Below, piece by piece: positions 1-9,378 of a stretch of DNA of 64,000 bases; position 1 is the stretch's first letter; every line of letters starts with the position of its first letter. Both the position numbers and the translations under genes were made by a program. The notes beneath the pieces were generated by a model, which saw only the letters and a list, made by a program, of their open reading frames with translations, did not search any database and was not told the DNA's origin. The stretch spans positions 1 through 64,000 of the IMG/VR virus record IMGVR_UViG_3300035661_000042; one strand, 5' to 3'. The stretch is from a virus.

Positions 1-190
1 CATCGCTCCTAATCTGAATACGTTCAAGTGTATTTGAAGCAATCGATACTCGATTCGCAGCGGACAAATATAATCCATTAACAGGCAGCGTTGATGACGT
101 AGGAATAAAGGCAGCAGCAGTCACAGCTCCTGTCAAAGTCAGCGTACCAGATGTGTCAATTGCGGTGAATTTAATTTTTGGTTGTGCCAT
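1..190 (-). CDS. 5' part of a probable virion/fibre protein, runs off the window
   Basis: ATG at 190 just after the upstream stop at 197; reads MAQPKIKFTAIDTSGTLTLTGAVTAAAFIPTSS..., open to the window edge. Confidence 0.6.
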   Translation of the reverse strand, partial: MAQPKIKFTAIDTSGTLTLTGAVTAAAFIPTSSTLPVNGLYLSAANRVSIASNTLERIQIRSD

Positions 191-196
191 GATTGA

Positions 197-1069
197 TTAA
201 GAGAACGGATAGTTCTTGTTTTTTGTAGTACGGTCCAATGTGGACTGATAGTGAAGATCAACTTCAAACCCAAATGCGCCAGCAGTATATGTATCATTGA
301 CGTGACTTCCATCACGATAAGCTCTAACCAAAATCAACGAGTCTGGTTCAAGATTTGTTGACGGAATAGCATTACCAAGCGTTGTTTCAATAATTTGGTG
401 TTGTAATACCGTTCCTGACCCGGCCTGTTCAAGAAATGTTGTGGTAGTTGCAGGGAATACACCTTGGCTATATCCTTTTGCTACCGAATACTCAATCCCC
501 CACCGCACTACTCCTGTATTTGTAGTGGTAGGTGCCCAGTGCATGTGTATGTATATTACCGTTCCTGGCACATAATCGTGTGGGATATGAAATGTCACCC
601 AAATTTCATCTGATCCTGTTGCTCCAAACGTATATCCATATATCCCCCCAACAACGTTCGTCCATGATGGGGCATTGGCACCAGTTCCCAGTCGCGATCC
701 AATAAAATTACCACGCAGGTCTTGCCATCCATACTGGCCGTCAAAACTATTGACAACTGTATCAGTTCTTATAACGTTTGTCCCGTCACACACCAAATCC
801 GTACTCATTCCTTGCTGCAAGAAATATCCTGTGCCAGCCGCCGTCTTTACCCGAAGCGTAAATGCACCTGTCGTATTGTTGCTCATTGTGTACGCTTTTG
901 CAGCAGTAGGAACGATGACGTCAATGTTTCCCGTCAGTGCGCCTGTGAGTGCAATTACCCCGTTTTGGGCTTCCACTGCTGTTAGTGTTACGTTAGTAGC
1001 GCCTGCAACAGATTTTGACAAATATTGATCTACTGCAAGAGCTGACGATTTAATTGTTGGCTGCGACAT
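197..1069 (-). CDS. putative virion structural/fibre-associated protein (290 aa)
   Basis: T/G/A-rich N-terminal fibre module (LTGALTGNIDVIVPT..YTMSNNTTGAFTLRVKT..GTG) and a beta-rich C-terminal domain; structural gene context. Confidence 0.6.
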   Translation of the reverse strand: MSQPTIKSSALAVDQYLSKSVAGATNVTLTAVEAQNGVIALTGALTGNIDVIVPTAAKAYTMSNNTTGAFTLRVKTAAGTGYFLQQGMSTDLVCDGTNVIRTDTVVNSFDGQYGWQDLRGNFIGSRLGTGANAPSWTNVVGGIYGYTFGATGSDEIWVTFHIPHDYVPGTVIYIHMHWAPTTTNTGVVRWGIEYSVAKGYSQGVFPATTTTFLEQAGSGTVLQHQIIETTLGNAIPSTNLEPDSLILVRAYRDGSHVNDTYTAGAFGFEVDLHYQSTLDRTTKNKNYPFS

Positions 1070-1082
1070 TTATGCAATCACC

Positions 1083-2924
1083 TTACAACGGCAGCAGCAG
1101 GAATTCGAGAACAGAACCCACTGGTGGTGCTGTAAAAAATACGACGTTTGTGGAAGTAATTGATGATACTCCTGTTTCTTTGTATGCCAGGTCTGTTGTA
1201 ATGCTTGTGTTTACGGGAGCAGAACTGGTTGGCATTGATTGGAAATAAGTACCAACACCGTATGAGATCGTTACATTCGATCCGTTGCCTGACGTATTGG
1301 ATTGAATTATCAAATCCATAGTATCATAACGTTGATCGAGGTTGACTGTTGCTGGAATTGTAAGCGTCGTAAATGCGGACGTCAAGCTTGCAACCATTTG
1401 AAGATACGTATACGAAGCTCCAACAACAATTGTTACACTTGAATATAGCGTTCCATCAACAGTAATATTGAACGCATATACTCCGTTAGGGATTCCAATC
1501 ACGCTCTTTGGACTAATTGGCGTATCTGTGAATGTGATTCTACTCATACCACGTTCGCAACAATATTGCTTAACACCGTCCATTGATATTGATAGACGAT
1601 TCTCGCTAACTTGGTATCCCATAAAAGCTGAAAGATTGAATGACGTAGTTGTTCCGTCACCAATCACAATCTGTCGTTCAATACGTTGCGTTAGACCAAT
1701 CAACGTTTGATCTAATGATCGAATTGCATTAGATGTAGGAATAACCGGGTATCCACCCGTCGCCACTTCTGAAATTATCAGAACACTTCGGCTGTACAGA
1801 GGAGATGCCAGATCGTACGTGATAGCGCCAGTTGTGTGCCCGTGGTTAAACGGTGCCATTGTGCCGGTTACTGTAACGTCAGGTAATCCGAGAGTACGCT
1901 GTAATGTCAGAACACCTGTTGAACTGGTGAACACACCACCATAAACCACACCGTCGCTGACCGCGGAAGGTGGTAGTCCTGCGATTGCGGTTAAAATTGC
2001 GGTATCTACATACAACTTGGTTGTAGCATCATTGTTGAGAGACGGAGCACCCAATTGCTGGATGCGAACAAGACCGAGGTTAATTGAACTCGAACCGCCG
2101 CCAACAAACGTGATAGAACCAGTCGACGAGAACGCCAAGTTCCCTGTCATTGTATCGCCAGTTGTCACAATAAAATTGGGCAGTTGGCTGTTAATGGTAG
2201 CAATATCACCCGTTAACACTGTGTCCGCATTACCACGTGTTATTGCCTCTGCATTAACCAATCCAGTTACAACCGCGTCTCTTGCATCAACGTATGATTT
2301 GTTTGCAACGTGCAATGCAGATGAAGGAGTATCAGTAACAGATACTGCAACACCGGCATTATATACGACCGTACCACCTGTAAATGTTGTTGCTCCCGCA
2401 GTAAACGCAACACCACCAGTAAGAGTTCCGCCCGCCAGCTGCAAGTACCGACCATCGGCCGTATTGCGATTGAGAGCATCTGTTCCGGATACTGCATTTC
2501 CAAGACTTGTGATCAGCGCGCCGCCCAAGTCAACATTACCAAAAATGTTAGCAGCAAGAACTGGGGTCCAAGCTGTTCCGCTGTATACAAATAGACCAGC
2601 TACCGTAGGGTCTGACGGAAACGAAGGATCGGTATAGTTTGCATTCTTGTACCAAATTTGGCCTTGAACGGGTGTAAGAGGCCGACTTTTATACGCAAAA
2701 TGCTCCATCAAGTAGACCAGATCATTCTGAACCAATTCACCGTAGTCGGTGATGCCTCGACCTGCAAGAACCAGCGAAGAGTTAGACGATAGTGCTGTTA
2801 ATCCTGATACAGGATTAACGTATAGTCCAGCAGACCACGGACGAGTTGTACCATCAATCTGATCAGATTGAACGAGAAACGACCCATTCGCTGGATCGGA
2901 GCGCTTTATGACGTAGTTGGACAT
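1083..2924 (-). CDS. putative virion structural (baseplate/fibre) protein, 613 aa; N-terminus paralogous to 10747..12081
   Basis: L.L.GRG...YGE.V..DLV.L.E.FA....P....GQ.W motif shared with the 444-aa ORF; fibre repeats DALNRNTAD, HVANKSYVD, DATTKLYVD; own late promoter. Confidence 0.7.
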   Translation of the reverse strand: MSNYVIKRSDPANGSFLVQSDQIDGTTRPWSAGLYVNPVSGLTALSSNSSLVLAGRGITDYGELVQNDLVYLMEHFAYKSRPLTPVQGQIWYKNANYTDPSFPSDPTVAGLFVYSGTAWTPVLAANIFGNVDLGGALITSLGNAVSGTDALNRNTADGRYLQLAGGTLTGGVAFTAGATTFTGGTVVYNAGVAVSVTDTPSSALHVANKSYVDARDAVVTGLVNAEAITRGNADTVLTGDIATINSQLPNFIVTTGDTMTGNLAFSSTGSITFVGGGSSSINLGLVRIQQLGAPSLNNDATTKLYVDTAILTAIAGLPPSAVSDGVVYGGVFTSSTGVLTLQRTLGLPDVTVTGTMAPFNHGHTTGAITYDLASPLYSRSVLIISEVATGGYPVIPTSNAIRSLDQTLIGLTQRIERQIVIGDGTTTSFNLSAFMGYQVSENRLSISMDGVKQYCCERGMSRITFTDTPISPKSVIGIPNGVYAFNITVDGTLYSSVTIVVGASYTYLQMVASLTSAFTTLTIPATVNLDQRYDTMDLIIQSNTSGNGSNVTISYGVGTYFQSMPTSSAPVNTSITTDLAYKETGVSSITSTNVVFFTAPPVGSVLEFLLLPL

Positions 2925-2957
2925 TGTAGATCTGGCTCCGTGATGTGCATATGTGGG

Positions 2958-2965
2958 TATTTATG
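2958..2965 (-). promoter_or_regulatory. T4-late-like promoter (CATAAATA) at the apex of a long hairpin, 2926-2996
   Basis: ATAAATA about 35 nt upstream of ATG 2924; GTAGATCTGG/CCAGATCTAC inverted repeat at 2926-2935 and 2987-2996. Confidence 0.6.
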
Positions 2966-2998
2966 CCTCCACACTTCACATCCCAACCAGATCTACTC

Positions 2999-4279
2999 TT
3001 AAACCATACGAATGTCGCTATTGAACAACAACTTGAAAGCAGCAAGTTGAATTGCGCGGTAGTGAGTCTTCTCAACTGCACAGTTGGTATAGTGCACTGC
3101 TTGACCCAAATCCAGCGGGCACGAACTCTTGCACAGCCGACGAACTTCACACGTTCCACAGTGATAATCACGATTTAGGTTGACTTGTTGAATCTTGATA
3201 CCTTTGAGGTACATCAAGTTCCCACCGTTGTAAGATTCGTCAACGTTTTGGCACGTCCGCACGTTACCAAGCAAATCCATTGTCAGCAGCCTGCTGTCGT
3301 CAACTCCGCAGTTGGATTTAAGCAGTGGAACCTTTTGTTCTTGGAGAGTGCGAGCAAACGGCAACACACCCAACCCCGTTTGGAATAGATTGTTCGCTAA
3401 CATATCGCCCTGTGTTGTTTCACCAAGGCGTCGGAACTGCTCAATATGCGAGTCCAAATAGCGAGTCAGGATCTCCTTATACAACGGGATATGTTCACCG
3501 CTAATAACATGGTGAGTTGAGTTTTCTGCCATCTCTTTGTCATATACTCTGCCCAGCTCATAACTCAACTGCTTATGTTTGAGGTTGTTCTGTTGGAAGA
3601 AGTCAAGAAAGAAGTCGTTAATTTTGAACAAATCGTAGTTTGTGCGACTAATCACAGGGTTGAAGCTATACTGGATCTTTTGACCACCCTCTTCTTCGAT
3701 CCGCTGAAAGATCTCAACCTTCTTGTGGATGAACTCTTTACCACGAAGCGTTTCATGACCGGGGCCGTCGTGTGAGATGCCCATTGCAACATTGCCCTTC
3801 AATTGTTTGAAGAAGTCGATGTGCTTGTGCATCAACGGCGTTCCGTTTGTCGGGACATACCACGTGATTCCTTCGCGGTCAAACTCTTCCATCAAAGGAA
3901 CCATATCCTTCCAGTACAGCAAGGTTTCACCGCCCCACAGCTCAAACCGGAGTAGTTCTGATAGGTCGAGGTGACGCTTGATCTTCTGGATTAGCATTGG
4001 GGTTAGCCCGTTCTCTGGCCTTTCGTTTGGATTACCGATGTCTTTTTGCATGCAGTATCCACAGCTATAATTACATCCTTGGCCAAGAGAAATTTTGATT
4101 GTTTCGGGGTTCTTTACAACATGTGTTGCGCCAAAGCGATCTTTCAGCTGATTCCACTCTGCTGGTTCTACAAATGGTTTGCTCAACGGGGCACCTGCAT
4201 CTGTGTACAACCCATTATTAGCGTTGTCATACAAGAAGTGTTCGCCAGTGCGAAGGATTTCAAATTTAGTTACACTCAT
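2999..4279 (-). CDS. radical SAM/SPASM-domain protein (rSAM-D, 426 aa)
   Basis: CNYSCGYC (CxxxCxxC), LWGGET, TNG; C-terminal C..GNVRTC..CGTCEVRRLCKSSCP..C auxiliary Fe-S motif. Confidence 0.92.
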   Translation of the reverse strand: MSVTKFEILRTGEHFLYDNANNGLYTDAGAPLSKPFVEPAEWNQLKDRFGATHVVKNPETIKISLGQGCNYSCGYCMQKDIGNPNERPENGLTPMLIQKIKRHLDLSELLRFELWGGETLLYWKDMVPLMEEFDREGITWYVPTNGTPLMHKHIDFFKQLKGNVAMGISHDGPGHETLRGKEFIHKKVEIFQRIEEEGGQKIQYSFNPVISRTNYDLFKINDFFLDFFQQNNLKHKQLSYELGRVYDKEMAENSTHHVISGEHIPLYKEILTRYLDSHIEQFRRLGETTQGDMLANNLFQTGLGVLPFARTLQEQKVPLLKSNCGVDDSRLLTMDLLGNVRTCQNVDESYNGGNLMYLKGIKIQQVNLNRDYHCGTCEVRRLCKSSCPLDLGQAVHYTNCAVEKTHYRAIQLAAFKLLFNSDIRMV

Positions 4280-5460
4280 GATGTGCTTTCAACGATGGGA
4301 ATATGTAGTGGAGGGCGCAGCGGAACAGGAGAAAACATAAAGAGTGGTCTCACAGCACCAGACGTACAGTTAGGATCAAACAATCCATATTGCGTTTCAA
4401 TCCATCCCTGTTCTTGCAGTTTACGGTACAACCGCACCCACGGTTTGAGTATGATGCGAGGCACAAAGTTGTAGTGTTGGTCAACGACTAAGGTTGACGA
4501 CAAGTATGAAAAGTACTCATAGTGCGGATTGTTTGTCTTATTGGTAATTTCCCGTGCATATCGCGCATACAAATCCAACTTTGCTTGAAGGCTCTTTGCA
4601 ATGAAATGATCTATGTCGATAATCCCGTCACGCATGATATCGTAGTAAGGAACACTCGATGCAGCGGTGGCGTCACTCAACGTGAGAAGAAGCGAAGTGT
4701 ATTGTAGATACACAACTTCGCTGATTACTTGCATTGGTTCCGATCCCTGTGCGTAGTAATTTAGCTCTTGGTAATCAACAGAATCAAGATTCAGACGTAA
4801 GTTTTGACCTTGGGTAATGTCATCATGCACCCCAACATATATTCCAAGCGAGTGTGCAAACTCGACAAATCGCACGACGGGCTCTGATTGTTCGCCATTA
4901 GCAGTGCGAACAATCACTTTCAGCTTTGAGATAGGAGAGCGTGCGTGAAGAAGTTTCAACTTTTCTATTACGTCATCAACCATTCGACCTTGTTTCTTTC
5001 CAAGAAACACATCACTAAATGAGATCTCGTACACGGTTTTGAATTGGACGTCTTCCATCATGATTTTGTACTGCTGTACGAACGCATTATCTGTCATCTG
5101 CGTTGAAGCCATGCGATGAGCGTTTCGTTTGTAAAAATCAAACAAATGTGGATAGTTGTTCTTGATGTAGTACAGGTCATCAATCGTGCTAATTGTGTCA
5201 AAGCAGTCGAAAAATTCAAGAATGCGCTTCTCTGTCGCCTCGCCAATCACATGAGGAACATATGCGTCAAACTTGTCATCTGGCATCCAAGCATCACGCA
5301 AGTAACACATCTTGCAGCCGGCCTTACACATATACTTGACGAAAATTGAGAACACAAGTTCACGAGAGATGTTTTCCAATGCATCCCACTTCAAGAAGTA
5401 TTCCTTGAAGTTAGTGCTATTTTCAACGCCCGGTGTTACCTGCTTTTCTGCTTCAATCAT
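4276..5460 (-). CDS. divergent radical SAM-like protein (rSAM-C, 394 aa) without SPASM domain
   Basis: CKAGCKMC motif; likely start ATG 5460 overlapping the upstream TGA (ATGA); no GGEP and no C-terminal Cys cluster. Confidence 0.7.
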   Translation of the reverse strand: MIEAEKQVTPGVENSTNFKEYFLKWDALENISRELVFSIFVKYMCKAGCKMCYLRDAWMPDDKFDAYVPHVIGEATEKRILEFFDCFDTISTIDDLYYIKNNYPHLFDFYKRNAHRMASTQMTDNAFVQQYKIMMEDVQFKTVYEISFSDVFLGKKQGRMVDDVIEKLKLLHARSPISKLKVIVRTANGEQSEPVVRFVEFAHSLGIYVGVHDDITQGQNLRLNLDSVDYQELNYYAQGSEPMQVISEVVYLQYTSLLLTLSDATAASSVPYYDIMRDGIIDIDHFIAKSLQAKLDLYARYAREITNKTNNPHYEYFSYLSSTLVVDQHYNFVPRIILKPWVRLYRKLQEQGWIETQYGLFDPNCTSGAVRPLFMFSPVPLRPPLHIPIVESTS

Positions 5461-6536
5461 ATTCCTACCCAGTGGAAAAATGTTGGTTGTTGTTTGAGTT
5501 TTTGTGCGTGTTGTATTACTACCATCAACATCTGATAGAATTGAGCACATTTATCAGTTTCGGGGTCAGTTTCAAAGATTCCGTGCAGGTATTTCAATCC
5601 ACACAGATCCCTTGACGGACACACTTGACACTTTGGACGGAGCATCTGGTCTTCTTGCTCTTTTGTTTTGATTCGTTCAACAGATACAGGATCTCTCCAT
5701 CTGCCAACAGTAGTTTCTGTTCGTTTGTATTCAAGGAAATCAAACTCCGGATACAGGTATCCATCAGGTGACAGCACCAGTTGTTTGTGGTCGTTAAAGT
5801 AATGCTTGTCAAATCCGTTTCCGTGCCCGTCAATTACAACATCGATTCCCATCAGATATAGCATCTGAACAAACTTCAAAAAAGCATCAAAGAATTGTGG
5901 TAGATTGAGTTCATCGATAATAACACGAAACTTGTCCTTGCCACGAATGTGGCGCAGAGGAATCAATACAATTCGCCGCACATCGTTCTTGTGACAAATA
6001 TCAGTGATCGACTTTATTGCTGCGAGGCTGAATACTTTTGGATCCGTTACAGGCATTACGTACTGAAATTGCCTTCCACGTACTCCCGTTTCAGCCATCA
6101 TTTTCAGCGTTGGATTGATCTCAAACAGCGAGCGATTTAGGTCCTGATACATGAAGTCATAGCTGATGCTAATTTCCAACCGAGGACCCCACTTTTCAAA
6201 GAACCAACGGTGCTGCAAAATCTGACTTCCATTGGTTTGGATGTAGAATGGATAATCACCAGGCACAGATTGAACAATTGCATCCATCATTTTGTCCATA
6301 ATCTTCACATACGAGAATGGTTCACCACCGTGGAATGTGAACATTCCAGGAGGAGACGCAGCAATTCCTGACTTCTTGAAGAAGTCAATGATATACGGAA
6401 GATCGTCGAGCGTCATATGTTGCCCACCGATAGAATCTTTGATGTAATCTCGATCGCAATATGTGCAATTGAAGTTGCACACGTTTCCAAGATATATCGT
6501 AATCGTTCGGCACCCCGCAAGAGAGGTAGGAGACAT
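5457..6536 (-). CDS. radical SAM protein with partial SPASM domain (rSAM-B, 359 aa)
   Basis: CNFNCTYC, FHGGEP, QTNG; C-terminal CQVCPSRDLC..C; the GxxxPC position reads DGYLYPE. Confidence 0.9.
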   Translation of the reverse strand: MSPTSLAGCRTITIYLGNVCNFNCTYCDRDYIKDSIGGQHMTLDDLPYIIDFFKKSGIAASPPGMFTFHGGEPFSYVKIMDKMMDAIVQSVPGDYPFYIQTNGSQILQHRWFFEKWGPRLEISISYDFMYQDLNRSLFEINPTLKMMAETGVRGRQFQYVMPVTDPKVFSLAAIKSITDICHKNDVRRIVLIPLRHIRGKDKFRVIIDELNLPQFFDAFLKFVQMLYLMGIDVVIDGHGNGFDKHYFNDHKQLVLSPDGYLYPEFDFLEYKRTETTVGRWRDPVSVERIKTKEQEDQMLRPKCQVCPSRDLCGLKYLHGIFETDPETDKCAQFYQMLMVVIQHAQKLKQQPTFFHWVGI

Positions 6537-8254
6537 TACAGCTTGACTATTTTGTGCGGTTTCGATAAGCCATCACCCTTCTGGTTCAACAGAACCATAT
6601 GAACCAACGCAAGATAAAATGTGCGCTTGTTCACATCATTGATATCACCTTCTGAAACACTTGCTGTTACAGGCTTGCCCGCGGCAGTAAGGAGATATTC
6701 ATACAGGGCTTTGATATCAATAGGCCATGCAGTGATGGTAGGAACGTAATCATCAGCATCATCCAGTGCAGTGACCTTGTTTTCCATTAGACCAATAAAT
6801 TGACCAATGATTTGTTCATATGGTGGTAACTTATCAGCAAATTGATCGACTTCATCAATAGCCAAATGTACACGATTGATCTTGTTATACATCAAGTGTG
6901 TCAATGCCTTGGCAAACGTATACTGCTCACCCTTTGTTGCGACGGATTCAACCAGTTGTTGGAATTTTTGGTTGAACGTCTTACGCACAATGTCGTTTTG
7001 TAGTTCAAGGAATAGTCGAACAATGCTTTGACACATGGCATCAGGACGGAACAATCCACGACCCGTATCAGCTTGCCCTGCTGGACACTGATAACAGAAT
7101 CCCTTCAAGTCACAGGCTTGGCACTGTGGTTCCTTGATGAACATTTCGTTGTAAATGTCTTGGAAGCTTGCGTAGCGATCAACATATACCGCATCATGCA
7201 AGAGGTTTCCAAGGATTGTATGTGGGACAGACTCTTTGAGATTGGTGAAGAAGTGGCATCCAGAGAAATCGCCCGACGCATCGACAGCAATCATGTCAGA
7301 TCCAACCATGCAGTTGTTTCCACCCTTCGCGCCAACTCCCTCGGAAAACTGAACCTCAAAGTTTGGAAGTGTGTTGATTACTGTTAGCACACTTTGGTGC
7401 AAAGCTTCCCATCGTTCAGCATCCCACGTCAAGTGTCCGTCAACGGAACTGTTTGTAAGCGGGTGAATCACGATTGCACGGAGTCCCTTATCGTATAGCC
7501 GAGTGCAGAACTCTACAAGACGTGGAGCGTTCTCAATTGCGATTGTGCAACGCACGCTGACCATGTGATTATTTTTGTGGTATTCAGGAATCAACCCGAT
7601 CATGTCAATGATGCGGTCGATGCGGTCTTGCCCAATTTCACGGTGGTCGATTTCAGCAATGTCGGTGTCCAAACTAACGCTCATACACACGTGCTTGCTT
7701 TGAAAATATTCGTCAATGAACTGCGGCGTTAGCAGGATACCGTTGGTAATGATGCCAACAGCGGTTGTCGCAGAGTTCTTCTTTAATTCTGCGTCGTACG
7801 TACGGAGGAAATCAAGAATCAACTGCTTGTGAATCAACGGTTCACCACCAAAAAACTGAAACAGCTTACCAGTCTTTGGATTACAAGCGACGAGGAAATC
7901 ATACAGTTGCTTCAAGCTTTCAGGGGTAAATCGGCCGTAATCCTTATCGTGCTGTTCATAGCAATACGAACAGCTTAGGTTGCAAGCGTTGGTGACAATC
8001 AAGTTCATGTGTTGGAGGTCTTCAAACAACTCGTACACTGCTCCCGTCTTCATCACTCGTTCGGCTTGGTCAGGACGAATGGATTTATATGCAACTTCCT
8101 TTACGTCACCCCGCGGTGTAATAATCGTACGAACCGATGTGTCAAGTGTTCCATCAGCATTGACTTTGACAGAGGCTTGGTGTGAGTCAATTCGTTGCTG
8201 TTGAGCCTCCGTTAGCGCGCGCTTTGGATAGAATTTAACTTCTGTTGTTTTCAT
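6536..8254 (-). CDS. radical SAM/SPASM peptide-maturase-like protein (rSAM-A, 572 aa)
   Basis: TNACNLSCSYCYE, FFGGEPLI, ITNG; CMVG..GDFSGC..CQACDLKGFCYQCP..C; likely start MKTTEVK at 8254; TAATG junction with the next gene. Confidence 0.92.
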   Translation of the reverse strand: MKTTEVKFYPKRALTEAQQQRIDSHQASVKVNADGTLDTSVRTIITPRGDVKEVAYKSIRPDQAERVMKTGAVYELFEDLQHMNLIVTNACNLSCSYCYEQHDKDYGRFTPESLKQLYDFLVACNPKTGKLFQFFGGEPLIHKQLILDFLRTYDAELKKNSATTAVGIITNGILLTPQFIDEYFQSKHVCMSVSLDTDIAEIDHREIGQDRIDRIIDMIGLIPEYHKNNHMVSVRCTIAIENAPRLVEFCTRLYDKGLRAIVIHPLTNSSVDGHLTWDAERWEALHQSVLTVINTLPNFEVQFSEGVGAKGGNNCMVGSDMIAVDASGDFSGCHFFTNLKESVPHTILGNLLHDAVYVDRYASFQDIYNEMFIKEPQCQACDLKGFCYQCPAGQADTGRGLFRPDAMCQSIVRLFLELQNDIVRKTFNQKFQQLVESVATKGEQYTFAKALTHLMYNKINRVHLAIDEVDQFADKLPPYEQIIGQFIGLMENKVTALDDADDYVPTITAWPIDIKALYEYLLTAAGKPVTASVSEGDINDVNKRTFYLALVHMVLLNQKGDGLSKPHKIVKL

Positions 8255-9149
8255 TGTTGAGTACCACGTACTTGAATGTTGGGTGTTCGGTTGGGCGAGC
8301 TTGATCAAAAAGCAACCCACAGTGAAATTGTATTTCAAAGTATCCTATACCATGCGCAGGAGTAGCAACAACAAATGACCCATTTACTGTGGTGTATTGC
8401 AGATTAGTATCAACCGTCCACTGTGCATTCGCCAGTATATTAGCGGGATCTTCTCGTTTGAGAATTGAAATAGGGCTGGTGAGAAACGATAAGGTAAATG
8501 TTGGTTGTGTTGTGATAATTACGTTACCAATCACCCGGGCTGGATCTTCGATAGTTGGAATGAGAAAGTGTTGGCACAGGGGACCATCTTTTTCAGACAA
8601 CAAGAACCACATCGCTTGTGCAGGCACATCATAGAAATCAAATCCATCTGTTGCATGGACAAGATCAGAATTTAGAATCAAGCTGTATACGGGGAACCCT
8701 GCGAACCGAACTGCTCCAAAAAATGCCGTAATCATTGTACCAAACTTTGACTCAATTGGGAGATTAGTTTCAATATCGATTACAACTCCGTCTGCCGTTC
8801 GAGCGAAGTATTGGGCTTTTTCAATTGCTTCTGTGTCTTTGGTTATGTGGTGCGAAGCAAGTACACCAAAAATGACGTACTCATACTTATCAAGCGCCGT
8901 AGTTATGAGATCAAGATCAATTGGGCGAAAATATGATGGATGCTGTACGCGGAGAGACGGATCTGTTTGGTAGTGCGCAATAGCAAAAGCACTGGTTCCG
9001 TTTCGTGTGTTGTTGCGTACTAAACGCAACCCTGGTTCTACCCTGTGATAGAATCCAATTTGAGGTAACTCGTCGGGGTTTACAACAGTGGTGAAATCCC
9101 CAAAAAGAGACGGAGTTCTATCCCCTTCTCTGACCAGAATGTACTTCAT
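8235..9149 (-). CDS. hypothetical protein in the rSAM operon (304 aa)
   Basis: starts 3 nt after the peptide gene stop and overlaps the rSAM-A start; no recognisable motif. Confidence 0.75.
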   Translation of the reverse strand: MKYILVREGDRTPSLFGDFTTVVNPDELPQIGFYHRVEPGLRLVRNNTRNGTSAFAIAHYQTDPSLRVQHPSYFRPIDLDLITTALDKYEYVIFGVLASHHITKDTEAIEKAQYFARTADGVVIDIETNLPIESKFGTMITAFFGAVRFAGFPVYSLILNSDLVHATDGFDFYDVPAQAMWFLLSEKDGPLCQHFLIPTIEDPARVIGNVIITTQPTFTLSFLTSPISILKREDPANILANAQWTVDTNLQYTTVNGSFVVATPAHGIGYFEIQFHCGLLFDQARPTEHPTFKYVVLNNENNRS

Positions 9150-9152
9150 AGG

Positions 9153-9356
9153 TTACAGAATACCACGGGAGCAATTGCAGTTACAATTGCAATTGCAGGC
9201 GGTACTATAATCGTCATAGAAGATATGTGTGTGAGACACTAATTCATTCAAAATGCTAAGCATATTTTGAAATGTAGCAGCATTCACTTCATTACCTGCG
9301 GTAACAGTAGCAACTGTACCAGCAGCAGTTGTCTTTGTACTTGTGGATTCAGACAT
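9153..9356 (-). CDS. putative rSAM-modified precursor peptide with C-terminal (CN)4C core (67 aa)
   Basis: ends ELVSHTHIFYDDYSTACNCNCNCNCSRGIL; AAGGA SD upstream; fills the gap between neighbours exactly; upstream of four rSAM genes. Confidence 0.8.
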   Translation of the reverse strand: MSESTSTKTTAAGTVATVTAGNEVNAATFQNMLSILNELVSHTHIFYDDYSTACNCNCNCNCSRGIL

Positions 9357-9378
9357 TGTATTTCCTTTTTACTGTATG

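Noticed and set aside
2999-8254. rSAM genes as NrdG, QueE or MoaA housekeeping or DNA-modification enzymes
   Set aside because: They are long, most carry SPASM-type Cys clusters, no nrdD/que/moa partners are adjacent, and a Cys-rich peptide is co-encoded. An HMM search is still needed to exclude this formally.
9171-9197. CN repeat as a microsatellite slippage artefact
   Set aside because: Codons are mixed (TGC/TGT, AAT/AAC), and the ORF has an SD and fits the operon exactly.
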